In this document: positions 41,905 through 56,010 of the stretch, piece after piece
Position numbering within the stretch: the stretch's first letter is position 1
How the letters are laid out: each line of letters begins with the position of its first letter
NCBI RefSeq assembly: GCF_006345805.1
Contig: NC_043008.1
Coordinates: 3,162,001-3,226,000 of the forward strand
Direction of reading: 5' to 3'
Length of the DNA stretch: 64,000 nucleotides
From: Octopus sinensis
Taxonomy: Eukaryota
Translations under genes and position numbers: made by a program
Notes under the pieces: model-generated
The model's database searches: none
What the model was told of the DNA's origin: nothing
What the model saw: the letters and a program-made list of their open reading frames with translations, nothing else

Positions 41905-42600
41905 AGGGTAAGAGTTTATATAGGAAGCCTCTGTAAATTTTCAACGATGATAAAGAGCCCATTTGAACACGTTTACCAACGTAAAATATAAATCTTCCAC
42001 AACGCTAACTTCGTTGATGCAAGAACGTCAACTAAAAAAATATACAATACTCATTATCTTAGTCTGTAATAACAGAAGCCTCCGCCCCATACAAAACTAT
42101 TACGCGGGTATGTAAATTGTGTTTTAGAGAATCCATGAATATTCTTCGTCGATATGATCCTATATCATTAAACAAATTCTCGGATGCTATTTTCTCCTGT
42201 AACCATAGCTACCGTTCAAGATTTAAATATTTGGCTAAATCTCGATAAATTCACCATTAAATTTTTAATTAACAACATATTACTCTTAATCTCTTTACTC
42301 CTGCCATCCTGTAACTTCATGTTGATCAATTATTACCCGCTTAACATTTACAACATTTTCTAAATAATAATTCCCATAATTCCTGCTATAGCATTTCCTC
42401 TTCCTGATAATAAGTGCACTTCCTTATATCATTAAATCTCATCTGCCCGGTACGAAATCTGAATCCTGAATAATACACGCTCTGATGAAGGGGGCAGTGT
42501 CCCATTTTTGGAGTGAAAATCCTCTTAAAATCTATGGATTACTGTGCTCCTGAAACGGCCATAAGATTATTACCACCAACAGTTTATCTAAACTTATTCT
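41905..42600 (+). mobile_element. Relic of a second PLE family: GIY-YIG C-terminus + 3' UTR
   Basis: Degenerate reading: FIGS...KYKSSTTLTSL...SVITEASAPYKTITRVCKLCFRESMNILRRYDPISLNKFSDAIFSCNH. This matches the PY...C-x-LC-xx-E...LNK...C-x-H tail of PLE endonucleases. An HHR-like motif follows. Confidence 0.72.
42469..42571 (+). ncRNA. Degenerate hammerhead with a long stem II
   Basis: CUGAUGA (42482-88), AGGGG..CAGU pairing with ACUG..CUCCU (42541-51), then GAAAC-GGCC-AUA (palindromic GGCC loop, one mismatch) and a bulged stem I (AAUAAU/AUUAUU). Confidence 0.5.
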
Positions 42601-43535
42601 CTTGGATTATTTAGATATGTTTTTTTTTTCAAAAATCCAATCTCAATGATACGATTATTTTTTATTCGCTCTTTTCGCAAGACTTTATTTCATTCAACTA
42701 CTCGTAAGGGCATATTCATCAATAATTTTTACAATGCCGTTCTACAACGCCTTTTAATACGACCGTAATTCTAAATGTCTCCATATATATCTTTATACAT
42801 CAATACTTTTATACATCTACGCTTGTATAACTTAATCCCATTCATCTATTTATATATTAATTCTTTATATATTTATGTATTCATAGATTTTTAATATGCT
42901 TCAATATTTTAATGACTGATACATTTGCCTCTCTCAAAGCTGATATACACCGATCCCTGGCAGAATATCTTTATAGAAATTTGCGTCTCGGGCTTGTTTC
43001 TGAACACTTCAAACTACTGCCTATACAATACACAGAAATTTTACTATATATACATTTATACACACACACACACACTCACGTGCAAATACACATGCATACA
43101 CGCATCCATATTTCTATTTCTAACACAAAAACCAATCTCATATCTATTTTCCTGCTGGCTTAAATTTCCCTTACAAATCCAAGATATTTTGAAAAGCAAC
43201 ATATACTACACAACTACACTACAAGAAGCAGTTTTCATTTTCAGGTATGAAACGCTAACGCAATTAGACGACGGATGATACCAGGTGCAATTCCTGTAAC
43301 ATACGCAGCACTTCATACCTGTTGAAGTGATCGTATAAAGCAATTTCGAATCAAGATTCTGTATCACAAACTTTTTAGAAGCTTTCAAGTAGATAGGAAA
43401 ACTTCATTGGAAAGGTTACCGTAGAAATTTGGTGAGAAATTTGAATCAAGTACTTTGCTCACAGCATTCTACATGTGAAATACTTTTGGTGTAGCATTCC
43501 AGCGAACTACAAAAGGGTTAAATGGAATAGGATTC

Positions 43536-43567
<32 letters not shown>

Positions 43568-43861
43568 GTAGGTTAGTCGTATATATGACGAAAATTAGTG
43601 CGAATATATTGGTGTAAATGAAATGGAGAGAACAACAATCACGTGTGCGTGTATATATTTGTAGACTTAGAATAAACTCACGCACATGAAATTGTACACA
43701 AAGACATATGGACATATAATCCCATGCGTTTCCAAATATACGCGCGCGCAACTCCTTGCACACACACACACCTGTATATATATATATATATATATATACA
43801 TCTACAAATATTATGTAAATATCAGTATGAATGTATATATATATATATATATTATATATAT

Positions 43862-44131
43862 ATATATACATAGCCACACACACATGCATAAATATATTCA
43901 TAAATACATATTTATAGATATATATAATATATGTTCTATTATATGCATATACGTATATATATGTATATGTATGTATGTGTGTATATATATTATATATATA
44001 TATATATATATAATATATATATATATACATAGCCACACACACATGCATAAATATATTCATAAATACATATTTATAGATATATATAATATATGTTCTATTA
44101 TATGCATATACGTATATATATGTATATGTAT

Positions 44132-44145
<14 letters not shown>
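43862..44145 (+). repeat. Tandem duplication (~160 bp period) inside a (TA)n region
   Basis: catagccacacacacatgcataaatatattc...tgtatgtatgtgtg occurs twice. Confidence 0.9.
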
Positions 44146-44201
<56 letters not shown>

Positions 44202-45147
44202 ATGTAGGTATGTATGTGTGTATGAATGTATATATGTATTTATGTATGTTTCTATATAGCCGTGTATGTATGTATATATGAATGTATGTACATATACACT
44301 AAAAGTATGGTAACTACTTCTGAAAAAGGTGGCAATTACTTTAAATTTAATAATCCCCGTGATAAATAAGCGAACACCAACATTTTTAAAAAATTAAAGT
44401 ACAATAAACATTATGAAGAAGAAAACGAATTAAAAATGAAAATTCGTTTTGATGTGGTTGTGTTGGAGAAAATAAAAAATCAATAATTCTAATTTTATCA
44501 CATAAAATTTAATTATTTTAAATTGAAATAATTAAGGAGATTTCCTGAAGAAAAGTAATAATTTAGATATCAGAATATTTCGATGTTTGTTTCTGCTTAT
44601 TTTGTTAACATATTAATGATCGCTGACCCTTGACATCGGAGGTTTTCTTTCTCTCTAATTTTCTTTCACTAAAACAACAAATTCCAGAAATTTATGAGGA
44701 AACATCAAAACTCATTGGAATGGACGAAATATATATGAAGTTTAATTTGATTTTTCACTGATTGTAGGTTTTCGGAATTAAATTTCAATTACTCTGCAAT
44801 AAAGACGAATGTGGCAAAAATTTTCTTAAAATATCTCTTAATGACATTGGTTATAACAAAATTTGCTTTTTGTAGACTTGAAAAGTTTTAGTTTATTTGT
44901 TTATTTTTAATTTTTGTTGTTTGTTCTTTAAATTATTTCAGATGTTTTAGCCCTAATTCAAAGAAAAAAAGGAAGAAGCAAAAAAAACAGTCAGTCGATT
45001 TTATAAAATTAAAAGCTTTTCTAACATGTTCATTTGAAGAAAATCGTGGTTCATGTTTTTCCACTGAATGTTCGTATATGTTAATGTCAATTTCTCTATG
45101 TATGTGTCTATCTATGTACATGCATATGTATGTATGCATATATAAAA

Positions 45148-45184
<37 letters not shown>

Positions 45185-45192
45185 ATATATAT

Positions 45193-45255
<63 letters not shown>

Positions 45256-45310
45256 ATGTATATATATACATATAGATGGATATATTCATATATATGTGTA
45301 TATATATATA

Positions 45311-45346
<36 letters not shown>

Positions 45347-45697
45347 CGTGTGTGTGTACGCACACGCATACGCGCGCGCAAAAACGCACTGATGCAAAAC
45401 TATTGGTCAAGTGTTTACAAAATATATTCAACCAAGTTCACCCTGAATGTTAGTGTATTTTTGCGTGCGCGCGCACACACACACATCTATATCTGTATAT
45501 GTGTGTGTGTGTCTGTGTCTGTGTTTGTGTGTGTGTGTGTGTATTGTGTAAATATGCATATTGTTGATTAGTGAATTGGCCTACTATGATTAGTTCTTAT
45601 AGCAGTCTACATTGCAAAGTTCCTCACTATTCTTTTTCTCATCCTGGAAAAGAATGCAGTGACTGTAAAATCCTGAAACCAGCGCACCTGAAATGTA

Positions 45698-46006
45698 CGA
45701 GGGTGACTCGAAAAGTAATGCCATTTTGTTTAGGACAGGTATGCTTACAGGTATACATCAAAAATGAAGGTGGTACTATGTGGATGACATCCCTACTGCT
45801 CAACATAATCACCGTTTCTCTCAATATCAATGTTCTACCTTCGAATGAGAGCATGTATCCCTGTACCGTAAAATGCTGTTGACTGTTCTTTCAGCCACCT
45901 CTTCACTGCAGTTTTCACTTCCTTGTCACTAGAATAATGTTTGCCCCTCAAACCCTCTTTCATGCGGCCGAAGAGAGGCAAAATTTATTCCCGTGATTCA
46001 CCCTCG
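45698..46006 (-). mobile_element. 309-bp non-autonomous mariner deletion derivative
   Basis: TA-CGAGGGTGACTC...GATTCACCCTCG-TA inverted termini with TA TSDs. The minus strand encodes LFGRMKEGLRGKHYSSDKEVKTAVKRWLKEQSTAFYGTGIHALIRR*NIDIERNGDYVEQ (mariner C-terminus). Confidence 0.9.
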
Positions 46007-47279
46007 TACATAAATTTAAAATCCCAACATTTGCGTTTTTAGGGTAGAGTGACTCGGTTCCTACATGTTGACCTATACTCTAGCCTTCAGCCTTCCACTG
46101 GATAAAAATATATGCTTGCTACTTCCAAAGTTCCGCTACAGCACTGGATAACTATATTTCCAACAGTCTTCTCTACTTAAAAATAGTTTCTCTACACGTG
46201 CTTCATCTAACCAAACATAACAACCAAATCTAATGTTACTTATGAATTGTCACCGAATTTCGCAGTAAAACTGGACAAATGAATGAAATTATAAATATAA
46301 TTTATTACTATAATTTACATACTTGGTGTTGTATAGAGTATGTTTGCGGCCACTTCGAAGCACTTTTCAGTGTAAAAGCAAAGGCAGGAGGTTTCACCTA
46401 ATCCCAGAAGTACAGCCCATCATAGAATGCAGAATGATTGACAACTAATGGGAATCGGTTACTAATAAGTCAGATAACTGCGACAGAAAGTTTGCAACTG
46501 AAGAAAATTTAGAACCAAGTGAGTGAAAAGTTTTATTACTGATGAATGTCATTAGCAATCTTCAATGTGATAAAAAGACACAAAACGTGTTTCTTGTAGG
46601 ACTCCATCTTCTACGATTTGTTCGTTAAGGTCTGGTCTTTTCCGGTGCGTTCTCAATACATTTACTCAGAGACATATTAACACGCGCGCGCGCGTGTGTG
46701 TGTGTGTGTGCGTACACAGAGAGAAAATGTATTGTGATCAGTATTATACTCCAGCTAATCTGAACCCAAAGTTCATCATCTTTCAAATTTGCAAATTCAT
46801 GATCCCCTAACCCAGAAAAAATTGGGTAATGAAACCATGAGATTACGAGACGTGCATTACTGATCACAATATGTTTTTAGTCTACTCACCCTCTCTCTCT
46901 CCCTCTCTCTCTATCTCTCTATCTATCTATCTATCTATCTACCTATCTCACTCTTTCTCTCTCTCTATCTCTATAACCTAGTAAATAACCTAGCAAAAAT
47001 GTTTGCCATTTTATCTTCTCTCCTGATGATGTATGAACATTTAATGCGGTTTTGGAGTCAAGTTTTGGCTACTATTTCCAGCGTGGTGGTGTCTCTTAGA
47101 TGCCCTAAATTAAAATTTAATAATAATTATTACCTTTGACGGTTTTTATTACCATGCTGGCCACTTGAAAGGATTTAGCCTTATATATATAAATTTTCTT
47201 TTGAATAGTATCAGTGGAATTTTCGAAACATGTATCGAAAGTAAAAATATTTTATTACACCTGCGTTAACTCCATTTTT

Positions 47280-47353
47280 TTATTTATATATATATACATA
47301 TATATATATATTACATATATATATGTATATATATATATTACATGTATATATAT

Positions 47354-47416
<63 letters not shown>

Positions 47417-47785
47417 GTGAGTGAATATGTCTGTATGCATAAAGTGGATTATATGACATAAATGAGCAAAGTTCATTACATTATTACGTAATGGAAACCA
47501 TTAGCTTACAAATTCAAAATAGTAGCTGCAACGCGTGTCCGCACATAGTCAGGTAGGCACAAGCTCACATTGTCACACATACAAACAGGAGCATTCGCTT
47601 GAATGTGAACGTATGTGATTGGATGTGACATGTTGTCTGAGCACTTGTGTTGCAAAAAATTGTCTGCACATAAAGACTGAGCGAGAGTTTTGATCATATT
47701 AAGGCACACAAACACACAGACACACAGACACACACATATATATATATTCATACATATATATATATATATGTACACACACACACAC

Positions 47786-47837
<52 letters not shown>

Positions 47838-48044
47838 TATATATATATATATATTATATATATGTATATATATATATGCATATATATATATATATACATA
47901 TATACATACACACACATACATTTATATACGTGTAAGTGGCTAGGTGTGTGCGCACTTTCCCACCATTGCGTTTGCGAATGAAAATGCAGTACATGTATGT
48001 GTATATATGCCTATGTATGTATGTATATATACACTTTTCTTCGT

Positions 48045-48099
<55 letters not shown>

Positions 48100-48100
48100 C
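47280..48100. repeat. (TA)n/(CA)n microsatellite cluster
   Basis: Direct reading. Confidence 0.9.
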
Positions 48101-49107
48101 CTACAAACAGCATATAATTCAATATTTTATTGCATTATATCGTACACAGCAGGTATTAATTGACGACATGCAATTCAATTTTCAGTATTGTTTCATTTCC
48201 TTATTATAATATTCTATTCATATACGCAGTAAGCGTTTTACGGCCAGGTACAGTGAATGCGTACAAATGAAGTAGATGTCACTATGAACTCTGACTATTC
48301 ACTCTATCATTGCGTGCACAGATCTTTTTGTTAAATTCTCTTATGGTTATTGGCGTGTGAACCTGTTATATTTTGTATGGTTTTTCAGGTGGTAAAAATA
48401 TGATTTCGCTGATATTTGCAAAGGTTTTCGTTTTCATATTCCCTTTATTTCCTGGTACAACTCTGATTTTATGGTGCACATCTTCTGTTGTGGCATCAGA
48501 ATGTCTCATACGTAATTACGCTTTCGAAATCATCATCGAAGGAAGCACTTGAGCGTCAGTCGTCATTCTGCAAAATAGCTTCTGCGTTCTTGAAAAACAG
48601 GGGATAAGTTTGCTAACTCGAGGGTACGACGAGGTATCCGATTTTGGAATGGTACTTAACATAGTTCTGCCGATTCCGTTCTGGACAGAGTTGACCAAAA
48701 ACCATCATCATCGTCGTCGTCGTCATCGTCGTCGTCGTCATCGTCGTCATTATCACTTCCTTTACTGAGTAGTGGAAGTGAACATATCTCTGGTATAGAC
48801 ACAAGCATGGCTGTGAGCTTAAGAGGTTTGCCTTGCTAGCAAGTCGCTTCCGATTCAGTTCTTGTAATCTCAAGTATATTCTTTTGTAATCTTATACCAT
48901 GTTATGAATATTTATTTTATTACAATAAAATACTTACTGCGGAGATAATTTTTGAACACCTTGTATATCATGATAGAGGTGGAAATAGCACAAAAATAAC
49001 TCTAAGACGTTTCAATTTAAGAAGCAATTTAATAAAAATGATTTTTAAAACATTTATATAAAGAAAAATGTTACTGGATTCGATAAGGAATCTCATATTA
49101 TGAAATA

Positions 49108-49527
49108 TACTCCTTACTCTTTTAATCTTTTACTTGTTTCAGTCATTTGACTGTGGCCACGCTGGAGCACCGCCTTTAGTCGAGTAAATCGACCCCAGGA
49201 CTTATTCTTTATAAGCCTAGTACTTATTCTATCGTTCTCTTTTGCCGAACCGCTAAGTTACGGGGACATAAACACACCAGCATCGGTTGTGAAGTGATGT
49301 TGGGGGGACAAACACAGACATACAAACATATACACAAACACATATAAATATATATACATATATAGACCGGTTTCTTTCACTTTCCGCCTGCCAAATCCAC
49401 TCACAAGGCTTTGGTCGGCCCGAGGCTATAGTAGAAGACACTTGCCCAAGGTGCTACGAAGTGGGACTGAACCCAGAACCATGTGGCTGGTAAGCAAGCT
49501 ACTTACCACTCAGCTACTCCTACGCCT
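49108..49527 (-). mobile_element. Full-length SINE family A
   Basis: Reverse-complement match to 14539-14928 over its whole length. Confidence 0.88.
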
Positions 49528-50370
49528 ATCAATAAAATCATATATAAAAATTTGAATTAAAAACAGTTTATCTTCTGTCTCGTGGTCAAGAACATGTCTG
49601 GAGATTTTTCGTTCAAGACTTTTTAAAGTATAGTTTCCTGTAGCGTTCAATGTGTTAGGGCGTAAGAGAAGGAGTGTAGTCATCTATTGTCTAAAAGAAT
49701 TCTTTGTCTATCCCTGCCAAAGGAGTGGCCAAAAAGCATTTGTTGAGTGGGTTTTATGTCCACCTGTGTGTGTGTGTGTGTGTGTGTTTTGCTGAATGTC
49801 CTTTCAATATGTTTGGAATGAAACCAGCTGTGTGTTGATGGGTGTGTATGTTGTGATTAATGTCTTTTTGAAGAAATAATTAGGATTTTCCTTTTGGTTA
49901 GTATTCTTTTGAGTGTCTCCACCTGTGTATGTGTGTGGTCACCAGTTCTGTCTCTGCGGTGTTTGTGTGTGTGAGTGTATGTGTGGGTGTGATTGTACGT
50001 GTGTGTGAGTGTGGATATTTTACCGTTTTCTTTTGTGTGTATGTGTGTGTTTGTGCGAGTGTGTGTGTGTGTTTGTGTGTATTTGCGGTGTTTTCTTTTG
50101 TGTGTGTATGCAGACGTGTGTGTATGCAGACGTGTGTGTATGTTACTTGTAATGTTTTCTGTTGTGTGTGTGTGTGTTTGGGTAAATTTTTATGTGTGTA
50201 TGTGTATGTGTGTGTTTGTGTGTGCAAACGCGTGTGTATGTATGTGACAGACGACAGACGATAGACGGAGACAGGAGCAAATGCAGGTAGACACACGGAC
50301 AGAGAAAGTGGAAGCGTACCGTAATCAAAATACTTCTTCCGTTTTGATTTGAATGCCTGTAATTTATTAG

Positions 50371-50421
50371 GTGGGAGTCAACATGGCTACTTCATACACC
50401 GTCGGTGACATTAAGAAAAAG
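50371..50421 (+). other. Candidate short coding exon (unverified)
   Basis: tttattAG acceptor, aacATGG Kozak context, MATSYTVGDIKKK, AAG|GTATTT donor. Confidence 0.2.
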
Positions 50422-52511
50422 GTATTTTATTATGTTTGGCTAACAAAAGGTGTATATTGCCAGGTTGGTGTTTATGTGTAAAACCAAATCACCGTTGGCC
50501 GAGGAAGCCTGACATGGAAAAAGTTTCAGCCATAACTAATTGGTCATTCATTTATGACATTGTGTATCATAACATTATACGATATGCCTTTGACGCCTCT
50601 TTTTAAGATTGTAGCCTCTGGTTTCAACGCATTTAGCTGCAATTTCTAACAATTGAGACGATCCTGAAAATTTCTTAAGTTGGCCTCTTAAATTTCCTGT
50701 ATGTATAAGTATCAGATATGAAGTCTTTTAACTAATATATTCATGATTTTGCGTAAGTCTGTAGAACCACATTTTGATATCTTAACTGTAAGTTTCAGAT
50801 CATGTTCTCTTTTATTTCATTACTTTACCTGTTCTATGCATTGGACTGCAGCCATTTAGGTAAACTGCTTTGAAGAGTTTAGTCCGGAAAATCTATCCCA
50901 GTGGTTAGTTTTTTGTTCTGTTTTGTTTTCTTTGGGTTTTTTTTTAATTACCATACTCCTAATTTAAGCGTCTTTAGTCAAATCACTAAGTTACGGAGAC
51001 GTAAAAGAACAACACCATTTGTCAAGACACGCGGAGACAAACGAGTGACGCACCTATGTGCATGTATGCATAAAACGACGTATTGAATAATGCATGTTGT
51101 CAAAATTTACCAATTTTCGCTGAAGTTTAGTCAAGTGTTTGACAGTTTTTACCGTCGTATTTAAATATAAGTACAAAACTCCTACCCTTTATCTTCCCTT
51201 GGTCTATAAACATATTGAAAAAATTCGAGAATGCTAGTTGAATGTAATTTCGAGACTGTAGTTTTCTGTTTTACTTGTACATTTATGAACAACGCAACCA
51301 ATACTACGATGACCACCGTCTTAACAGGACGGACAGTAGTGGAACAGTTCTGCATTATAAACTCCTTGACATTAATGTGCTTGTAATATATAAAGGCTAA
51401 ACTATCTCCTACGTAATAGTATTCAACTTACTGTTTTTTTTATGATATACATGTTTTCATTGATATAGTACAAAGTCTGCAAGTGGTATTTGTAGAAATT
51501 TTATAGGTGATGCTTGTATGCTGGTGTGTGTTTCTCTGGGTGTTTGAGAATATCTGTGTGTTTCTCAGTTTCATTTTATCTTTATTAGTAGTTAGTGTCC
51601 TGTCTTCTTCATTTCATTGCAGATGTTTCTAAAGTAATTATTGATAATTTAATTAAGACAGGGGACGTTGGCAAGGACGTTTTTATTCTGATTATTTTGG
51701 CATCTATGTTTTCTACTTCGATAATAGGTTAATTTCCAATTAAAAAATGTTTCTGATTACAGCAAATTTAAAAACTGTTTCGTTATAATCGTGAAGATAT
51801 AGAAAGTTGAATCGATGGCAAAATCGGATCTCCGTATATCAACGATGTACATCAACGTCGCGACTTCGTTTCTAAAACCGAACCCAATAACATCTAAATT
51901 GAGTTGTTTTATACAAAGGTCGATTCATTTATTAATATATGTGATCAGTAAGGTTTTCGTTTATTTATTTCTTTAAAATTATCCTAGTTTTGTATAATGC
52001 TTGCCACTCAGCTACATAGCAAGAGTTGTATGGCTGATGGTGAATTTGTTCTAGTTGTTTACAGCTCGTGCATCTTGATCGAGAAGACGAATAGGAAAAC
52101 TTTGTGTAGCTCGAGTCCATATCGCCTTGTTTCAGATATTATCTAAAGTCTGATATTCATAGGCGGTGGGGAAAGATTCAACATATATTCGTAGCATATT
52201 GAATAGACATATTAGTTTAAATACCAAGCCAGATAGATCTGCCTCGTGTTAATGAGTGGACATAACATTTTTCTCCACAAAATGTACAAGATAGTAACCG
52301 CCAGCGTACAAAACATTTGCCTAATATCTTCAGGCCTAAAGAAAGAATGAGCGCAATCTAATTGGCACTTTAATCATGACAAAATAAACATTAGAAGTAT
52401 GATTCTAGGCCGCAAAGAAGGAATGAGTATACGGTAGATATTCTGCAATATGGTAGTATAGTCTTTAGTTATATGTCTATGGTAGCTTGCGCAAAATTAT
52501 TAGTATAAAAA

Positions 52512-52651
52512 ACTGGTACTTATTTAATCGACCCCGAAAGGATGAAAGGCAAAATTGACCTCAGCGGAATTTGAACGCGTAACGTAGCGGCAGACGAAAT
52601 ACCGCTAAGCATTTCGCCCGGCGTGCTAACATTTCTGCCAGCTCGTGCCCT
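52512..52651 (-). mobile_element. SINE family B, 5' portion
   Basis: actggtacttatttaatcgaccccgaaaggatg...gcatttcgcccggcgtgctaacatttctgccagctc. Confidence 0.8.
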
Positions 52652-53368
52652 TATATACTGGATATATATGGGTCCATTATTATTAACATAAAATGTTGAA
52701 GTAACAGCTCACTATCTAAATGTAGTATACATCCACTACATAATGCTTTACGTAGCGTTTGAACTCATCATCTTTAGCTTTGTGATGCATCCTCTATCCC
52801 GCCAATTACTGTGTAATCGAGCAGAGTTGATTCCGACTCCAAAAGTTTGAAAATAATGTTTCGTTCAGAGACGCGTGAATAGATATATAATTTAACATTT
52901 TCAATAGACTACAAGAAGTGATTAACTAGAAACTTCGTTCATCTATCTTGTTAGAAGCTAACCAGTTGAACATTCTTTAATAAGTATAAGTAATATTTTC
53001 AATACCCCAGACTCGAGTTAATAGTGTGAATAATGAAACAGTTTCTCCATAATGTGAATAATTGAAACAGTTCCTCATTTGAAACACTTTGTCATTTACC
53101 ATTGATTTTAACATGATAGTATGCTATATAATTTAGTGCATCTCTTCAGATAACATTTTGTCATAAGCCATGATAACTTTCAAAGGGTAAACATAAAAAG
53201 AAAGAGAACATCTCTTTCAGAATGTATGAGTGGCATAAATGGAAGAAATATTAAATCAAAGCTAATTTTATATAAAGAATCTAAACTGGCAATTGTATGG
53301 AATTTCATGTCTTCTCTATTTGCCACTAATCAGTTTGTCTGAATATCACTTTGTGTTATATATATATA

Positions 53369-53424
<56 letters not shown>

Positions 53425-53746
53425 AAAGGTGATTTTAAGAATGGATTGTCTTATATAAAAGGCAATGGTGTATTCCTATTAGAGCAAAGAGAAAGGGCTG
53501 GATATCCAGTTAATGGATAATGCTTCGCTATTTCTAATCACTGAAATGAGATATTTTAGAACAAATACAACTATTATTAGTAAGCATTACGATCTAACGA
53601 AGAGTACATTGTTCAACACGTTAACAACAAAATAACGAAATTACAAACCATTCGGCGTGTAAGTTATCTAATTTACATGTCGATTAGCATATAATTTAGT
53701 TATTTTGCTATTACTATTATTCTAGATGTTTGGGTTGGTTAGCGGA

Positions 53747-53780
<34 letters not shown>

Positions 53781-53782
53781 AT

Positions 53783-53816
<34 letters not shown>

Positions 53817-53875
53817 GGGGAGACTGGTGGCCATATTACTCATGTGTGTGTGTATAGGTTAACAAATGCATATAC

Positions 53876-54297
53876 ATTCTTTTGTTCAGTCGTTTGACTG
53901 CGCCCGTCTGGAGTGCGTCTCAAAGAGTTTTTAGGCGATGAAATCGATCCCAGGATTTTTCTTGTGAGCCAGTACTTATTCTATCGGTCTATATTGCCGA
54001 ACTGATAAGTTATAGGGACCGTAACACAACCGACGTCGGGTTGTAAATGAGGTGGGGGACAAAACACAAACCACACGCATAAATACACCACTACACAATA
54101 CATACACACAAAAACATAACAAAACACACACACACATTGTAATACGAAGGCTTCTTTTAAATTTCCGTCTACCAATCCACTGAAAAGGCTTGGGTCGCCA
54201 GAAGCTATAGCAGAAGACACTTGTCCAGATTGCCGCGCAGTGGGAGTGAACCTAGAATAGGTGATTGAGAACGAGTTCTTACCACACAGCCCACGAC
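53876..54297 (-). mobile_element. SINE family A (noisy copy inside the gap-flanking duplication)
   Basis: Matches 49108-49527 and 54951-55379 with many indels. Confidence 0.8.
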
Positions 54298-54838
54298 TGT
54301 TCTTTCACCATTATATGTACTATATATATATATATATAATGGACATAGACATTATACATAATGTATAAATACATGATGAGTAAAAGCAACGCAACACGTT
54401 TTTCGTCCTTCTCGTGTTGTTATACTGTAGATTCATTGCCACAAGAACTTCGTAGGGGCGGTTTGGGTTTGGGTGACAGTAGTAATAATATATATATATA
54501 TATATATATAATAGATATAATATAATATATATATATATATAAAAAATATATATATATATACTAGATATATTATTAATATATATATATATATACTATATAT
54601 ATATATATATNNNNNNNNNNNNNNNNNNNNNNNNNNNNNNNNNNNNNNNNNNNNNNNNNNNNNNNNNNNNNNNNNNNNNNNNNNNNNNNNNNNNNNNNNN
54701 NNNNNNNNNNAAACCATTCGGCGTGTAGTTATCTAATTTACATGTCGATTAGCATATAATTTAGTTATTTTGCTATTACTATTATTCTAGATTTTTGGTT
54801 TTTGGTTGGTTAGCGGAATATATATATCATATATATTA

Positions 54839-54888
<50 letters not shown>

Positions 54889-54950
54889 GGGAGAGACTGG
54901 TGGCCCATATCTCTATGTGTGGGTGTATGAGGTTAACAAATGCATATACA

Positions 54951-55379
54951 TTCTTTTGTTTCAGTCGTTTGACTGCGCCCGTGCTGGAGCTGCGTCTCAA
55001 AGAGTTTTAGGCGATGAAATCGATCCCAGGATTTATTCTTTGTGAGCCTAGTACTTATTCTATCGGTCTATATTGCCGAACTGATAAGTTATAGGGACGT
55101 AAACACACCGAAGTCGGTTGTTAAATGAGGTGGGGGACAAACACAAACACACACGCATAAATACACACATACACACATACATACACACAAACACATACAA
55201 ACACACACACACATTTGTATACGACAGGCTTCTTTGAGTTTCCGTCTACCAAATCCACTGAAAAGGCTTTGGTCGGCCAGAAGCTATAGCAGAAGACACT
55301 TGTCCAAGATGCCGCGCAGTGGGAGTGAACCTAGAACAGTGTGATTGAGAACGAAGCTTCTTACCACACAGCCACGCCT
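54951..55379 (-). mobile_element. SINE family A
   Basis: Matches 49108-49527. Confidence 0.85.
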
Positions 55380-55652
55380 GTTCTTTCACACATATATATG
55401 TACATATATATATATATATATAATGGAGAAATTATACAAAATGTATAAATACATGATGAGTAAAGCAATGCCACAGTTTCGTCTCCTTGTTGTTATCTGT
55501 AGATTCATTGCAAGAACTTCGTAGTGGCGGTTGGGGTGACAGTAGTCATATATATATTATATATATATATATATATATATTATATTATATATATATATAT
55601 ATATAAAATAATATATATATATTATATATAATATATATTATATACATACATA

Positions 55653-55688
<36 letters not shown>

Positions 55689-55805
55689 ATATATGTATAT
55701 ATCTATATTATATATATATATATATATAATAAAATAATCAGAATAAAAATGTCCTTGCCATCGTCCCCTGTCTTAATTAATTATCAATAATTACTTTTTG
55801 TCATG

Positions 55806-55876
<71 letters not shown>

Positions 55877-55972
55877 ACGGGAAGCTTTATGAAAATAAAC
55901 AAAAGACGAAGGCACGTGGAAAACAAACGAAACATTGTATTAGTATGGCGCTCAGGAAATATAAATAAACAA

Positions 55973-56010
55973 GTTTTAAACTTTCGAGCCTACGCTCTTC
56001 AACAGAAAGA
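55973..56010 (-). ncRNA. Hammerhead motif in the downstream pLTR (stem III damaged or mis-sequenced)
   Basis: Same UCUUU-CUGUUGA-A-GAGC(GUAG)GCUC-GAA, then AGUUUAAAAC instead of ACGUUAAAGAC. It lies in the noisy region near the gap. Confidence 0.6.

Larger units (their letters stand above)
53645..55730 (+). other. Duplicated ~1-kb segment on both sides of a 100-N assembly gap (gap at 54611-54710)
   Basis: 53645-54610 repeats as 54711-~55730. The second copy starts exactly at the gap edge and the copies differ mainly by indels. Confidence 0.9.

Noticed and set aside
53645-55730. Apparent 1-kb tandem duplication containing a SINE
   Set aside because: The second copy starts exactly at a 100-N gap and both copies are indel-noisy, which is typical of unmerged contig overlap.
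51628-55800. ~70-bp inverted match between 51628-51698 and 55730-55798
   Set aside because: There is no TSD or transposon content between them; most likely two copies of a dispersed repeat fragment.
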